Source of the DNA: Candidatus Iainarchaeum sp.
GTDB taxonomy: Archaea > Iainarchaeota > Iainarchaeia > Iainarchaeales > JAZDEL01
Length of the DNA: 64,000 bases
Reading direction: 5' to 3'
NCBI GenBank assembly: GCA_043808785.1
Contig: JAZDEL010000002.1
Coordinates: forward strand, 65,735 to 129,734
Shown here: positions 55,039 through 64,000 of the stretch, piece by piece
Numbering within the stretch: position 1 is the stretch's first letter
Layout of the letters: every line of letters starts with the position of its first letter
Translations under genes and position numbers: made by a program
Notes under the pieces: model-generated
Told to the model about the DNA's origin: nothing
The model's input: the letters and a program-made list of their open reading frames with translations, nothing else
Databases searched by the model: none

Positions 55039-55506
55039 TTACCCCATCGCTCCCTGCGATTCAATCTTGCTTATTCTCCTCAGGTGCCTTTCCTCGTTGC
55101 AGAAACCTGTTGCGAGGAAGGCGAGCATTATTTTTTCCGCCTCATTTGCTTTGAGCACGCGCGCACCCAGGCAGAGCACGTTCGCATTGTTGTGCTCCCT
55201 TGCGATTTTCGCTATCTTCACGTTCCAGCACGCCGCAGCGCGAACGCCCCTGCACCTGTTCGCGGAAATGCACATTCCTATGCCACTGCCGCATATGAGT
55301 ATTCCGGCAATATTTCTGCCCTTTGCAACCCATCCCGCCGCCTTCTGCGCGTAATCCGGGTAATCAACATCTTCCTTGCCCTGCGTTCCCAAATCTTCGA
55401 ATTCTATGCCCGCCTTTGAAAGCGCCCTCTTGAGGCGCTCCTTAAGCGCAAAGCCCGCGTGGTCGCACGCAATAACGACCTTCTCGAAAGCCAGAACCCT
55501 TGCCAT
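55039..55506 (-). CDS. rpiB: Ribose-5-phosphate isomerase B
   Basis: VVIACDHAGF, GILICGSGIGMCISANR. ~155 aa. Confidence 0.85.
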   Translation of the reverse strand: MARVLAFEKVVIACDHAGFALKERLKRALSKAGIEFEDLGTQGKEDVDYPDYAQKAAGWVAKGRNIAGILICGSGIGMCISANRCRGVRAAACWNVKIAKIAREHNNANVLCLGARVLKANEAEKIMLAFLATGFCNEERHLRRISKIESQGAMG

Positions 55507-55684
55507 GTATGCCAAACCCCAGCAAATTGGGCGCAAAACAGTTTTAATAACATATTCATACTACTGATTATAGTGCGTTGCCCCGGGTTCGGGGTAAACC
55601 ACGGCAATGCCCGAACTGCGGGCGTTTGTGGGTTTGTTTGGGGAATTGTTCGGAACCGTTGTTTCGTGTGTGGGGGTTTTTGGC

Positions 55685-56407
55685 ATGATATCTCTCAAGA
55701 ACGTCGAGCATTGGAAAAGGGGCGTCGATGCGATAGCATCGTTCATTTCCGAGGGGAATTTCCGCTTCAACGATGCGGGCGTGCACTTCCGCGCAATGGA
55801 CCCGAGCCAGATTGTTCTCGTGGACCTTGCGATTGAAAAGAGCGCATTCGACGGATTTGAAATCGAGCCCACTTTCGCGGGCGTTGACATTGTGGAACTC
55901 AGCAAGATAATGTCCCGCGCCCTGCCCAACGACAGCATGTCAATGGACCTTTCCGATTCCGAAATAATGGTTAAATTCCACGGGGAAATGAACCGCGCAT
56001 TCAGGCTGCCGCTCATTGATGTGAGCGAGGACGAGGTTTCCCTGCCGAACCACAAGTTCGATGCAACGGTTCAGATAACCGGGCGCCTGTTAAAGGAAGC
56101 ATTGAAGGACGCCTCGCTCTTCGGCAGTTCCGTTATCCTGAAAGTAAAGGACGGCAAGTTCATGATTGAGGCACGCGGCTCGCAGGGCGGCCTGAACACG
56201 GACGCGGCGAAAACAAAGGGCATAGACGTGCAGGGGAGCAAGGAGGTTGTCAGCAAATACTCCCTGAACTTCCTCTCGAACATTGTGAAGGAAGCAACGC
56301 CCGACCAGAAAGTCACGCTGAACCTGAAAACGGACGCGCCGATGAAGGTTTCTTACAAGATAGGGGGCAGTGAAATTCAGTATTACCTCGCGCACATGCT
56401 GCTGTGA
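55685..56407 (+). CDS. PCNA sliding clamp (paralog 2)
   Basis: Aligns with paralog 1 from MISLKNVEHW. The ORF-track N-terminal extension (from 55607) reads through a G/T-rich upstream repeat and is probably not translated. Confidence 0.75.
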   Translation: MISLKNVEHWKRGVDAIASFISEGNFRFNDAGVHFRAMDPSQIVLVDLAIEKSAFDGFEIEPTFAGVDIVELSKIMSRALPNDSMSMDLSDSEIMVKFHGEMNRAFRLPLIDVSEDEVSLPNHKFDATVQITGRLLKEALKDASLFGSSVILKVKDGKFMIEARGSQGGLNTDAAKTKGIDVQGSKEVVSKYSLNFLSNIVKEATPDQKVTLNLKTDAPMKVSYKIGGSEIQYYLAHMLL

Positions 56408-56431
56408 CTGCGCAAAGTGGCGCGTTTTCAC

Positions 56432-57022
56432 CTAAACTTCATTAATCCCCCTGCGCATGAGTATTGTGTTGCACCTTGCGTGAAGATTGCCAATGTTGTT
56501 CAACACCACATCGGTTTCCCGTACGTCGGCAATATCTTTCCTTTCCATTTTCCCGTCAACAATATCTGTTTTGCTTATTATTTCCTCCCTTGCCCTGCCA
56601 AACGCTTCCAGTTGTTTCTTCAGACGTTCTAACGGCTCGGTTGGCAGTTTGTCTTTGAGAGCCTCTTCGCCAGGCAATGATTCGGCCAGCAGTGCATCCC
56701 TGAGGGCGACCATTTCCCGTTTATTTGGCATGTCTGGCCCCATCGACCTGAACACTTCCTCGATTAAATACTTTTTAGCCAGTTCCGATGCTTTAATTTT
56801 TTGCCCATTAAAATTAATTGCGTCCGCCGACTTCATTGTCCCGTATCTCTTCTTCAAAAACCGCGTCAGCCTTATGAGCCTGTTTGCCATCAGGTTTTCC
56901 TTATTTATGGGGTCAAGATAGCCGTATTTGAGCGGCTTTTTTCTTTTTATGCGCATCAATGTTTTGTAGTATTTAATCTTGGCATAGTCTGCCAATTGCC
57001 ACATTGTAAATTTCTTAGGCAT
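56432..57022 (-). CDS. Hypothetical basic protein, lower-GC (tandem paralog 1, start MPKKFT)
   Basis: ~197 aa, Lys-rich N-terminus, GC ~45%. Shares the MPKK[FV]T start with the next gene. Confidence 0.35.
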   Translation of the reverse strand: MPKKFTMWQLADYAKIKYYKTLMRIKRKKPLKYGYLDPINKENLMANRLIRLTRFLKKRYGTMKSADAINFNGQKIKASELAKKYLIEEVFRSMGPDMPNKREMVALRDALLAESLPGEEALKDKLPTEPLERLKKQLEAFGRAREEIISKTDIVDGKMERKDIADVRETDVVLNNIGNLHARCNTILMRRGINEV

Positions 57023-57057
57023 ACTAACCGGAATAAACACGCACTTCCGCCTTTTAA

Positions 57058-57459
57058 TCATTTACCCGCCCTTAAACGCAGAATTACCTGGCACTTGATT
57101 TTATCGCCCAGCCCCCTTATTGCGATTTCACCGCTAATTCCGCCGGCACCCATCATTCTTTTTGCGTCGCGCTCGAATGGCTTAAACAAATTAAGGGCAG
57201 TTTTCAGGGTTTTTGTTGAAACTTCATTTCCGCTCGGCATATATTCGCTTTCGGAGAACATCCTGCGCAGGTTTTCAAGCTCCCGCCCGGATATTTGGCC
57301 CTTCATGGAGCCCATAATTCGGTTTGCAAAAAACCTGCGTGCCGCTTCCGCCGCGGCAATTTTCTTTTTCGTCCCCCCTACTTTGTGGAAACTGGCGGTT
57401 GCATTGTGCTTTTCCCTCAGGTTTTTGAGGAACCTCTCAAGCGTAACTTTCTTCGGCAT
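57058..57459 (-). CDS. Hypothetical protein (tandem paralog 2, start MPKKVT)
   Basis: ~133 aa. Its stop overlaps the start of the previous gene. Confidence 0.35.
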   Translation of the reverse strand: MPKKVTLERFLKNLREKHNATASFHKVGGTKKKIAAAEAARRFFANRIMGSMKGQISGRELENLRRMFSESEYMPSGNEVSTKTLKTALNLFKPFERDAKRMMGAGGISGEIAIRGLGDKIKCQVILRLRAGK

Positions 57460-57517
57460 TGCAGTCAAAAACAATATGCCGTTCCCGCTTTTAACCATTT
57501 CCCCGCAAGGTTAATTT

Positions 57518-58585
57518 ATGCCCCCTTATGAGGACGCAGGATTGAAGCGCGCGCAGAAATACCCCTATTCCGAGGTTGCGAAGGCGATTGTAAGGAAGCG
57601 CGATTTCAGCCTTGATGAGGTGCCGGAGGAAATAATGGGGAGGGCAAAGGCAATGGTGCTGAGCGCAATGAAGAACAAGCCCTACGCGCCGCAGTTGCAT
57701 GGTTCCGGACTGCTCATGAACGAAGTTCTTGCCTATCCCCTCGCGCGCGTGCTCATATCATGCACGCGCAACCAAGAATTCATAAGGCGCTTTGCCCTCA
57801 TGTTCCGCAAGGGCGCCGAGGAAACCCTGAAAAAGGAGGAGGGGGACGAGCTTCTTTCCCTTGCAGCGGAGTTTGGCGTTGTCCTGCCGAAGGGCACCGA
57901 TGGCTTTCCAGTTGCCCTCCCCATTGCGGATTACCTTTCCGCAGGCCTGCAAGGGGAAAGGATGAAGCTCGTGAACAGGCGCCTCGGGAAAGGAATGGTG
58001 AAACTCACGAAAACGGATTTCGCGGAATTCCTTTCCGCAATCGCATATGCGCGCGTCCTTTCGGGAATGCCCCTGCCAACGCAGAACGTGACGCGCGGGA
58101 TAAAAGCGGTTGCAGCTGAGCTCGAACAGCAGTGGAAGCCGATTCAGCAGAAATACGATTTCAAGGCAATGGGCGAGGTGAAGCCCGAACTGTTCCCGCC
58201 CTGCATGGCCGCGATTTACGCATCCATGCTGGAAAGCAAAAACCTTTCGCACCTCGAAAGGTTTGACATTGCAACCTTTTTGGTTGCAGTTGGGATGGAT
58301 AAGGAGCAAATAATTTCGCTCTTCCGCACGCTGCCCAACTTTAAGGAAGGCATAACCCGCTACCAGATTGAGAGGATTTCAAAAAGCAAGTATTCCTCCC
58401 CCAGCTGCGTAAAGATAAAATCCCACAGGTTCTGCACCTCCGACTGCGGGGTTAAGCACCCCATGCAGGTTTACAGGCGCGGGTTAAGGAGGGAAGGGGC
58501 GGGCGCGAAAGCGGGAGCCGCAAATGCAGGCACAGGAAAGGGTGCTGCGCAAAGGCAGGCTTCGCAGCCGGCCCCGGGGCGCTAG
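57518..58585 (+). CDS. priL: DNA primase large (regulatory) subunit PriL
   Basis: Conserved FPPCM motif (LFPPCMAAIY) and a C-terminal Fe-S Cys cluster (CVKIKSHRFCTSDC). Confidence 0.75.
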   Translation: MPPYEDAGLKRAQKYPYSEVAKAIVRKRDFSLDEVPEEIMGRAKAMVLSAMKNKPYAPQLHGSGLLMNEVLAYPLARVLISCTRNQEFIRRFALMFRKGAEETLKKEEGDELLSLAAEFGVVLPKGTDGFPVALPIADYLSAGLQGERMKLVNRRLGKGMVKLTKTDFAEFLSAIAYARVLSGMPLPTQNVTRGIKAVAAELEQQWKPIQQKYDFKAMGEVKPELFPPCMAAIYASMLESKNLSHLERFDIATFLVAVGMDKEQIISLFRTLPNFKEGITRYQIERISKSKYSSPSCVKIKSHRFCTSDCGVKHPMQVYRRGLRREGAGAKAGAANAGTGKGAAQRQASQPAPGR

Positions 58586-61269
58586 GCCGAAGCGCGCGCG
58601 GCGCGCTTTCCCATGAAACCCGCGTACGCATTGTGCGCATAAGGCACCGCGAGCGCAACCGCCGAGAGCGCGAACACAACAGCCCAGTCAAACGGGGAAA
58701 GCGCAACAGTGCGGAAAACCCCCTGCAGCCAGTGCACATGCACCACCGCAACCTGCAGCAGCAGCGATGCAAGCACGGCGACAACAAGGTACCTGTTCGT
58801 GAGCGGGCTCTCCTCAAGCACGCCTTTGCCCTCGAACCTGCAGCCGAAAACGAGCAGCAGCTCGAAGATGATAACCGTGCAGAAAACCATCGTCCTTGCA
58901 TAGCTCGCCGCGCCGAGGTCGTGCGCGTCTATGCCCCGCACTTCGTCGATTCCGAGGCCGTAGAAATACGCAGCCATTGTCGCCCCCAGCCCGAGCACGG
59001 TTGCGATAATCAGGAACGGCAGGATAGGCCTTATTATGCCCTCCTTCGGGTTCCGCGGCGGCTTGCCCATTATTCCCTTTTCCGCCCTCTCCGTGCCGAG
59101 CGCGAGCGCGGGCAGCGAATCGGTAACAATGTTCATCCACAATATCTGCAGTGGAAGCATGGCAAGGGGGAGATGCGCGATTGTCGTTGCGGCGATTATG
59201 GCAATCTCGTTCAGGTTCGCGCTGAGCAGGTATTTTACGAAATTCCTTATGTTCGAGTAAACGCGCCTGCCCTCCTTCACAGCCACGACGATTGTGCCGA
59301 AATCGTCGTCCTTGAGCACTATGTCCGATGCCTCCTTTGCAACGTCCGTGCCCTTTATCCCCATTGCGATGCCGACGTTCGCCTTCTTCAGCGCGGGCGC
59401 GTCATTAACCCCGTCGCCCGTAGCGGCAACAACCTCGCCCTGCGCAATAAGCTCCGAGACAATCATGTACTTGTGCTTCGGGTTCACACGCGCGAAAACA
59501 GCGCGCTCCCTAACGGTCTTTGCGAACTCCCTTTTGCCCATTGCGTCAAGTTCGTTTCCCGTCACCGCACTCCCGTCAAGCCCTATCTTTTTCGCAATCG
59601 CTGCCGCGGTGAGTGCATTGTCCCCCGTAATTATCTTCACCTTTATCCCCGCGCTCCTGCAAATTTCTATCGCCTTTTTAACGCCCTCCCTCGGCGGGTC
59701 GCGCATCGCCGCAATCCCCGCGAAAACCATCTTCTCCTCCGCAGCCTCATCCCGCTTAAGTTCGCGGTATGCAAACCCGAGCACCCTGTATGCCTCGGAT
59801 GCGAAGCGGTTCGCGGTTTCAAGCAGTTCCCTCCTGCGCTTTGCAGTAAGCGCGGCCTCCTTCCCGTTCTCGAAAACATAATCGCACGCCCCGAGCACCT
59901 GCTCGATGCCGCCTTTCGTGTACGCGATTTTCGCGCCCTTCGAGCGGTGCACGGTGGTCATCATCTTCCTCTCCGAGCTGAAAGGTATTTCATCCACCCT
60001 CTCCTCGGAAGCCTTTATCCCCGCCTTCATTGCCGCGCACACCAATGCCCCTTCCGTGGGGTCGCCTATCACGCCGTAAGTGTCGCCGTCCCTCTGCAGC
60101 GTTGCGTTGCTGCAGTGCGCGGAAATCCTCAGCACCGTCGCGAGCGCGCTCCCGCCCGCGGGCACGGCCTTATTGCCGCCTATCGTGAATTCCCCTTTTG
60201 GTTCGTATCCCTTCCCGCTCACCTCCGCAACCTCGCCGTCAGCGAAAATCCTCTCCACAACCATCTCGTTTCTGGTTATGGTGCCTGTCTTGTCCGAGCA
60301 TATCACCGTGGCGCTTCCCAATGCCTCTATGCTCGGCATTTTTCTCACGAGTGCGTTCCTCCTCGCCATCGCAATTATCCCTATCCCGAGGGTTATGGTT
60401 ATTATCGCGGGCAGTCCTTCGGGTATCGCCGCCACGCCCAGGCTTACCGCAACCATGAACATCTCGAACATGCCCGTGCCGCGCATAACGCCGAGCGCGA
60501 AAAGCACGGCGATTACGGCAACAACCGCAATCCCCAGCTGCCTTGCAAGCTCCTCCAGCCTGCGCTTGAGCGGCGTCTGCTCCTCCCTTATCTCCTGCAC
60601 CATCCCCGCGACCCTGCCGAACTCCGTGTTCATGCCTGTCGAAACAACCGCCCCCGCGCCGTGGCCGTAAGTCACAATAGTGTTCGCGAAAGCCATGTTG
60701 CTGCGCTCCGCAACAGGCGCGCGCTCCGCAACCCCCAAAGTCTGCTTCTTTGCCGGGTTGCTTTCGCCCGTTAGAACGGCCTCGTCTATCTGAAGGTTCA
60801 CCGCCTCTATAAGGCGCAAATCCGCCGGCACTTTCGTGCCCGCCTCGAGCAGGACTATGTCGCCGGGCACGACCTCCTCGGCATCGACCATTACCCTCGC
60901 GCCCTGCCTCACAACAACCGCCCTGAGGGCGGTCATTTTCCTCAGCGCGTCCATGGCGCTTTCCGCCTTATACTCCTGGAAGAAGCCGAGCGCGGCATTT
61001 ATGAATATTATCGCGAATATCGCCGCGGCATCCAGCGGGTCGCCGAACATGTACGAAATGGCGCCCGCAAAAACCAGTATCAGCACGAGGAAGCTCGTGA
61101 ACTGGTTCAGCGCGAGCTTCAGCATGCGGAACTCCCTGCGTTTCGCAAGCGCGTTCCTGCCGTGCTTCTCAAGCCTCGCCCTTGCCTCGGCATCGCTTAT
61201 GCCCGCACGTGTCGTGCCCAGCCCTTTCATAACGCTTTCCTCGGAAAGCGCGTGGTAATTTTCGGCCAT
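58582..61269 (-). CDS. P-type cation-transporting ATPase (P2-type, Ca2+/cation pump-like)
   Basis: DKTGTIT phosphorylation motif (ICSDKTGTITRNEM), TGDGVNDAPALKKANVGIAMG hinge, 10 TM topology. 895 aa. Confidence 0.85.
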   Translation of the reverse strand: MAENYHALSEESVMKGLGTTRAGISDAEARARLEKHGRNALAKRREFRMLKLALNQFTSFLVLILVFAGAISYMFGDPLDAAAIFAIIFINAALGFFQEYKAESAMDALRKMTALRAVVVRQGARVMVDAEEVVPGDIVLLEAGTKVPADLRLIEAVNLQIDEAVLTGESNPAKKQTLGVAERAPVAERSNMAFANTIVTYGHGAGAVVSTGMNTEFGRVAGMVQEIREEQTPLKRRLEELARQLGIAVVAVIAVLFALGVMRGTGMFEMFMVAVSLGVAAIPEGLPAIITITLGIGIIAMARRNALVRKMPSIEALGSATVICSDKTGTITRNEMVVERIFADGEVAEVSGKGYEPKGEFTIGGNKAVPAGGSALATVLRISAHCSNATLQRDGDTYGVIGDPTEGALVCAAMKAGIKASEERVDEIPFSSERKMMTTVHRSKGAKIAYTKGGIEQVLGACDYVFENGKEAALTAKRRRELLETANRFASEAYRVLGFAYRELKRDEAAEEKMVFAGIAAMRDPPREGVKKAIEICRSAGIKVKIITGDNALTAAAIAKKIGLDGSAVTGNELDAMGKREFAKTVRERAVFARVNPKHKYMIVSELIAQGEVVAATGDGVNDAPALKKANVGIAMGIKGTDVAKEASDIVLKDDDFGTIVVAVKEGRRVYSNIRNFVKYLLSANLNEIAIIAATTIAHLPLAMLPLQILWMNIVTDSLPALALGTERAEKGIMGKPPRNPKEGIIRPILPFLIIATVLGLGATMAAYFYGLGIDEVRGIDAHDLGAASYARTMVFCTVIIFELLLVFGCRFEGKGVLEESPLTNRYLVVAVLASLLLQVAVVHVHWLQGVFRTVALSPFDWAVVFALSAVALAVPYAHNAYAGFMGKRAARASA

Positions 61270-61318
61270 TTTGCCCCCTAATATAACTGCAACGCCTTAT
61301 TAATAATTTCCGACAAAT

Positions 61319-62557
61319 ATGGTTTTTATGCTGCCCGAGGAATTCCTCCGCGCCAAATTCCGCGATTATTACCTTAAACATGAGGTTGCCCAGCCCCCCG
61401 CCCCCGAACAGAGGGAGTTCGGCTTTGGGACATTTGGGAGAAAAATCGCGGACAGGCACCTCGAGTTCGCAAGCCACGAAAGCGTGAACAAGTTCCTGCG
61501 CGCGGAAGTGCCTTTTTACCTTTCCTATTCCGCGGCATATTACAAATTCCCCTCCAGAAAGCCGATGCAGGCAAAGGAATACCTTGGCGGGGATTTGGTT
61601 TATGAGTTCGATGCTGACGATTTGAAAACCGAGTGCAAGGTCAGGCACGACACCTGGGCGTGCAAATGCGGCGCCTCGGGGCGCGGCAACCCTGAGCGCT
61701 GCACCGAGTGCGGCGAGGGCGTTTCAGTAAGGCAGTGGGTCTGCCCCGAATGCCTGTATGAGGTGAAACTGCAGGTTTTCGAACTTCTGAAATTCCTGCA
61801 GGACGATTTCGGCTTCACGGAGGGGATTTCCGTGAACTTTTCGGGGCACAAGGGTTACCACGTGCATGTGCGCTCCGAAGCCGTTCGCGCGCTTTCCCCG
61901 CGCGCGCGCATCGAGCTTGTGGATTACATAACAGGGCACGAGCTCGACCTCAGGGCGCTGGGGTTTTACAGCGACGGGAAAAGGATGTTCTGCCCGCCTC
62001 CTGCAGAAGCGGCAGGCTGGGGAGAAAAACTGCTGAACGGGCTCGAAGCGCTCTTCGACCGCGCGGACGCGGATGAAATAGCGACAGCGGGCGGCATCCC
62101 CTCGGGAACGCTTGCAAAATCCCTCGCCTCGGAAGGGAAGGGCATAATTGCGGAGATGCGCAACGGCATCCTGCGCCAGCTGCCAAGGGTTTCCGCAAAG
62201 AAAACCGAAAGTTTCTGGAACCACGCGCTTTCCCACCTCGCGGAAAAACTGCGCCTCGATATAGACAGGCAGACCTCTGTAGATGTCGCGAAAATTGTCC
62301 GCGTGCCCGAAACAATACACGGGGGCACCGGCCTTGTGGCGAAATCGGTTGAAATAGGGGCGCTGCGCGATTTCCTCCCGCTCGAGGATACGCTGGCTTT
62401 CGGCAGCGCACCAGTTAAGGTTATAACCAATTCCGTGCCAAAATTCTCGATAGGCGGGGCGGAATTCGGGCCGCTTGAACAGGGCGTGCATGAACTGCCC
62501 GAGTTCGCGGCAATATACCTCCTCGCGCGCGGCGATGCAACGGGGCCCGGGAAGTGA
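61319..62557 (+). CDS. priS: DNA primase small (catalytic) subunit PriS
   Basis: Catalytic Asp motif DLVYEFDADD, SGHKGYHVHV, Zn-binding cysteines (CKCG...CTEC...CPEC). Confidence 0.8.
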   Translation: MVFMLPEEFLRAKFRDYYLKHEVAQPPAPEQREFGFGTFGRKIADRHLEFASHESVNKFLRAEVPFYLSYSAAYYKFPSRKPMQAKEYLGGDLVYEFDADDLKTECKVRHDTWACKCGASGRGNPERCTECGEGVSVRQWVCPECLYEVKLQVFELLKFLQDDFGFTEGISVNFSGHKGYHVHVRSEAVRALSPRARIELVDYITGHELDLRALGFYSDGKRMFCPPPAEAAGWGEKLLNGLEALFDRADADEIATAGGIPSGTLAKSLASEGKGIIAEMRNGILRQLPRVSAKKTESFWNHALSHLAEKLRLDIDRQTSVDVAKIVRVPETIHGGTGLVAKSVEIGALRDFLPLEDTLAFGSAPVKVITNSVPKFSIGGAEFGPLEQGVHELPEFAAIYLLARGDATGPGK

Positions 62558-62643
62558 GATGTGAAGGCTGCTGCGGAAAACTTGGCGAACTTGCCCGCGG
62601 AAAAAATCCGCGGCGCAAAGTAACCGAACCCGCCGCGGCGATT

Positions 62644-63222
62644 GTGTTGGTGTTTGTTGTGGAACTGAATTACGACGAGATAAGGCGGATACACAGGCTC
62701 GAGAAAAGCTCCTCGCGCCTTGTGGAACTTGAGGCCGAATTCTACACGGAACTCAACGCTTTCCTGCAGAAGGAAAAAAAGGAATACCTCGAATCCCTGA
62801 AATCCTTCTCGGTTTCAAAGGCGCGCAATTTCACCAATCTCAGGAAAATGGTGGAGGAAATTTTCCTTATGCGCGAGAAGAAAATCGTGGCAAAGGCGCT
62901 TGCCGCAAGCAGGTCGGGCGAGGCGCAGCAGGAAGGCATGCCCCTGCCCGAACAGAAGCTTTTCGCGGGCATATCATCCGTGCTGGCAAAGCACGGCACG
63001 CTCCTTGAAGGGGCGTTCTCGGAACACGCATCGAAGGGCGCAAAGGGCGCCGCAAAGGGGCAGGAAACAGTGAAAATGAAAATAAGCGACGACATCCCCG
63101 CTTTCGTGGGCACGGACATGAACGAGTACGGCCCTTACGCAGCAAAGCAGACAGTGGAGCTTCCGCAGAACATAGCAAGCCTTTTGAGCGCGAGAAATCT
63201 CGGGGTTATACTTAAGGGGTGA
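62644..63222 (+). CDS. gins51: GINS subunit Gins51 (Gins15) - probable; GTG start
   Basis: N-terminal LNYDEIRRIHRLEKSSSRLVELEAEFYTELNAFLQK matches the Gins51 A-domain pattern (RRLLERELSS...EEEFY...). The gene is immediately downstream of priS, the conserved archaeal linkage. Confidence 0.6.
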   Translation: MLVFVVELNYDEIRRIHRLEKSSSRLVELEAEFYTELNAFLQKEKKEYLESLKSFSVSKARNFTNLRKMVEEIFLMREKKIVAKALAASRSGEAQQEGMPLPEQKLFAGISSVLAKHGTLLEGAFSEHASKGAKGAAKGQETVKMKISDDIPAFVGTDMNEYGPYAAKQTVELPQNIASLLSARNLGVILKG

Positions 63223-63326
63223 ATTGCAAAAGCGCCGAACCATCGGGTAAATTGCGGGAACCGCGGAACCATGCAAATTGGCGAATGCGGACCGCGGGTT
63301 ATTTTTTGTTTAAGGGGTGATTTGGA

Positions 63327-63521
63327 ATGCAGAAAACAAGCACCGTGCCTAACATAAGGACAAAGTTCCTGCGCGTGAAGTGCCCTTCCTGCGGCAACGA
63401 GCAGGTTATATTCAGCGCCGCTGCCAGCAGGGTTTTGTGCCTTGCGTGCAACAGCGCGCTTGCGGAGAGCACCGCCTCAAAAATCAGGCTCAATGCGAAG
63501 TTGGTTAAAATATACGAATGA
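63327..63521 (+). CDS. rps27e: 30S ribosomal protein S27e
   Basis: 64 aa with a C4 zinc ribbon CPSCGNEQ...CLACNS. Confidence 0.85.
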   Translation: MQKTSTVPNIRTKFLRVKCPSCGNEQVIFSAAASRVLCLACNSALAESTASKIRLNAKLVKIYE

Positions 63522-63634
63522 GCGCCGGCGCCGGGGCAATGCAAAGTTAGTTAAAATATACGAATGAGAATTCAGTTGTGCGCCGCACTGCGGAAACGCC
63601 GCGGCACGTTGTTTTTCAGGGATTGGTGGGCAGA

Positions 63635-64000
63635 ATGACCGAACTTCCGGAACCGGGCGACGTTGTCGTCTGCAAGATAATAAAGGTGCTCGATTACGGC
63701 GTATTCGTGGAAATGCCCGAGTACGAGGGAATACAGGGCTTTGTGCACATCTCCCAGGTAAGCAGCAGCTGGGTAAAGAACATCCGCAACTTCGTCAAGG
63801 AGGGGCAGATGCGCGCGGCAAAGGTAGTGCACATAGACAGGGGCAAGGGGCAGATAGACCTCTCTTTCAACAAGGTGACGCCGCGCTTGCAGCGCACGAA
63901 AATAAACGACTGGAAGCAGTTCAAGAGGAGCCAGAAGCTTATCGAGGTGCTTGCAAAGGAAAAGAACATCGACGCGGAAACCGCGTGGTCGGAAATTGCG
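63635..64000 (+). CDS. eif2a: Translation initiation factor 2 alpha subunit (aIF2-alpha), N-terminal part; runs off the window end
   Basis: MTELPEPGDVVVCKIIKVLDYGVFVEMPEYEGIQGFVHISQVSSSWVKNIRNFVKEGQMRAAKVVHIDRGKGQIDLSFNKV is an S1 domain typical of eIF2-alpha. Conserved S27e-eIF2-alpha linkage. Confidence 0.75.
   Translation, partial: MTELPEPGDVVVCKIIKVLDYGVFVEMPEYEGIQGFVHISQVSSSWVKNIRNFVKEGQMRAAKVVHIDRGKGQIDLSFNKVTPRLQRTKINDWKQFKRSQKLIEVLAKEKNIDAETAWSEIA

Noticed and set aside
58633-60774. 713-aa plus-strand ORF
   Set aside because: It lies entirely antisense to the well-supported P-type ATPase gene. It has an Arg/His/Pro-rich composition and no domains, so it is a high-GC antisense artefact.
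1-64000. CRISPR arrays, rRNA, tRNA genes
   Set aside because: No regularly spaced direct repeats with unique spacers. No rRNA-like conserved stretches or tRNA cloverleaf candidates were found in intergenic regions on inspection.

Overview
This is a high-GC (~58%), densely coded stretch that looks like an archaeal chromosome, with about 65 protein genes, short intergenic regions, overlapping stop/start junctions and leaderless-type promoters.

Most of it is core informational machinery:
- aminoacyl-tRNA synthetases: threonyl-tRNA synthetase, phenylalanyl-tRNA synthetase alpha and beta subunits.
- DNA replication and repair: RFC small and large subunits, type IA topoisomerase, Orc1/Cdc6, endonuclease IV, two PCNA paralogs flanking rpiB, primase PriL and PriS, GINS51.
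- proteostasis: Cdc48, membrane LonB.
- RNA processing and translation: RNase Z, exosome Csl4, RpoL, S27e, aIF2-alpha (partial at the window end).
- other: signal peptidase I.

The accessory or unusual content is:
- a FlaI/TadA-type secretion ATPase with a long low-complexity N-terminal extension, interrupted by a ~460-aa intein carrying a LAGLIDADG homing endonuclease, followed by a FlaJ/TadC-like platform gene that is cut by the window start;
- a tight cluster of six small class-III-signal-peptide (type IV pilin-like) genes next to a membrane-anchored ArsR-family regulator, a second membrane-tethered wHTH protein, a site-2 protease and an FtsX-like permease fragment;
- a Fic-domain protein;
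- an ATP-cone / class III RNR-like protein whose glycyl-radical motif looks degenerate;
- an NFACT-R (DUF814) protein directly upstream of cdc48;
- a DUF3368-PIN / UPF0175 toxin-antitoxin-like pair;
- a cysteine-rich tandem-repeat lipoprotein;
- three low-GC hypothetical genes embedded among the replication genes;
- a dispersed ~55-60 bp double-hairpin intergenic repeat family (at least 5 loci, one a tandem array upstream of the ATPase gene);
- G/T-rich repeats upstream of both PCNA genes.

I found no rRNA, tRNA or CRISPR array. Coordinates I derived by hand (features absent from the ORF track, and all repeats) may be off by +/-1-2 nt.
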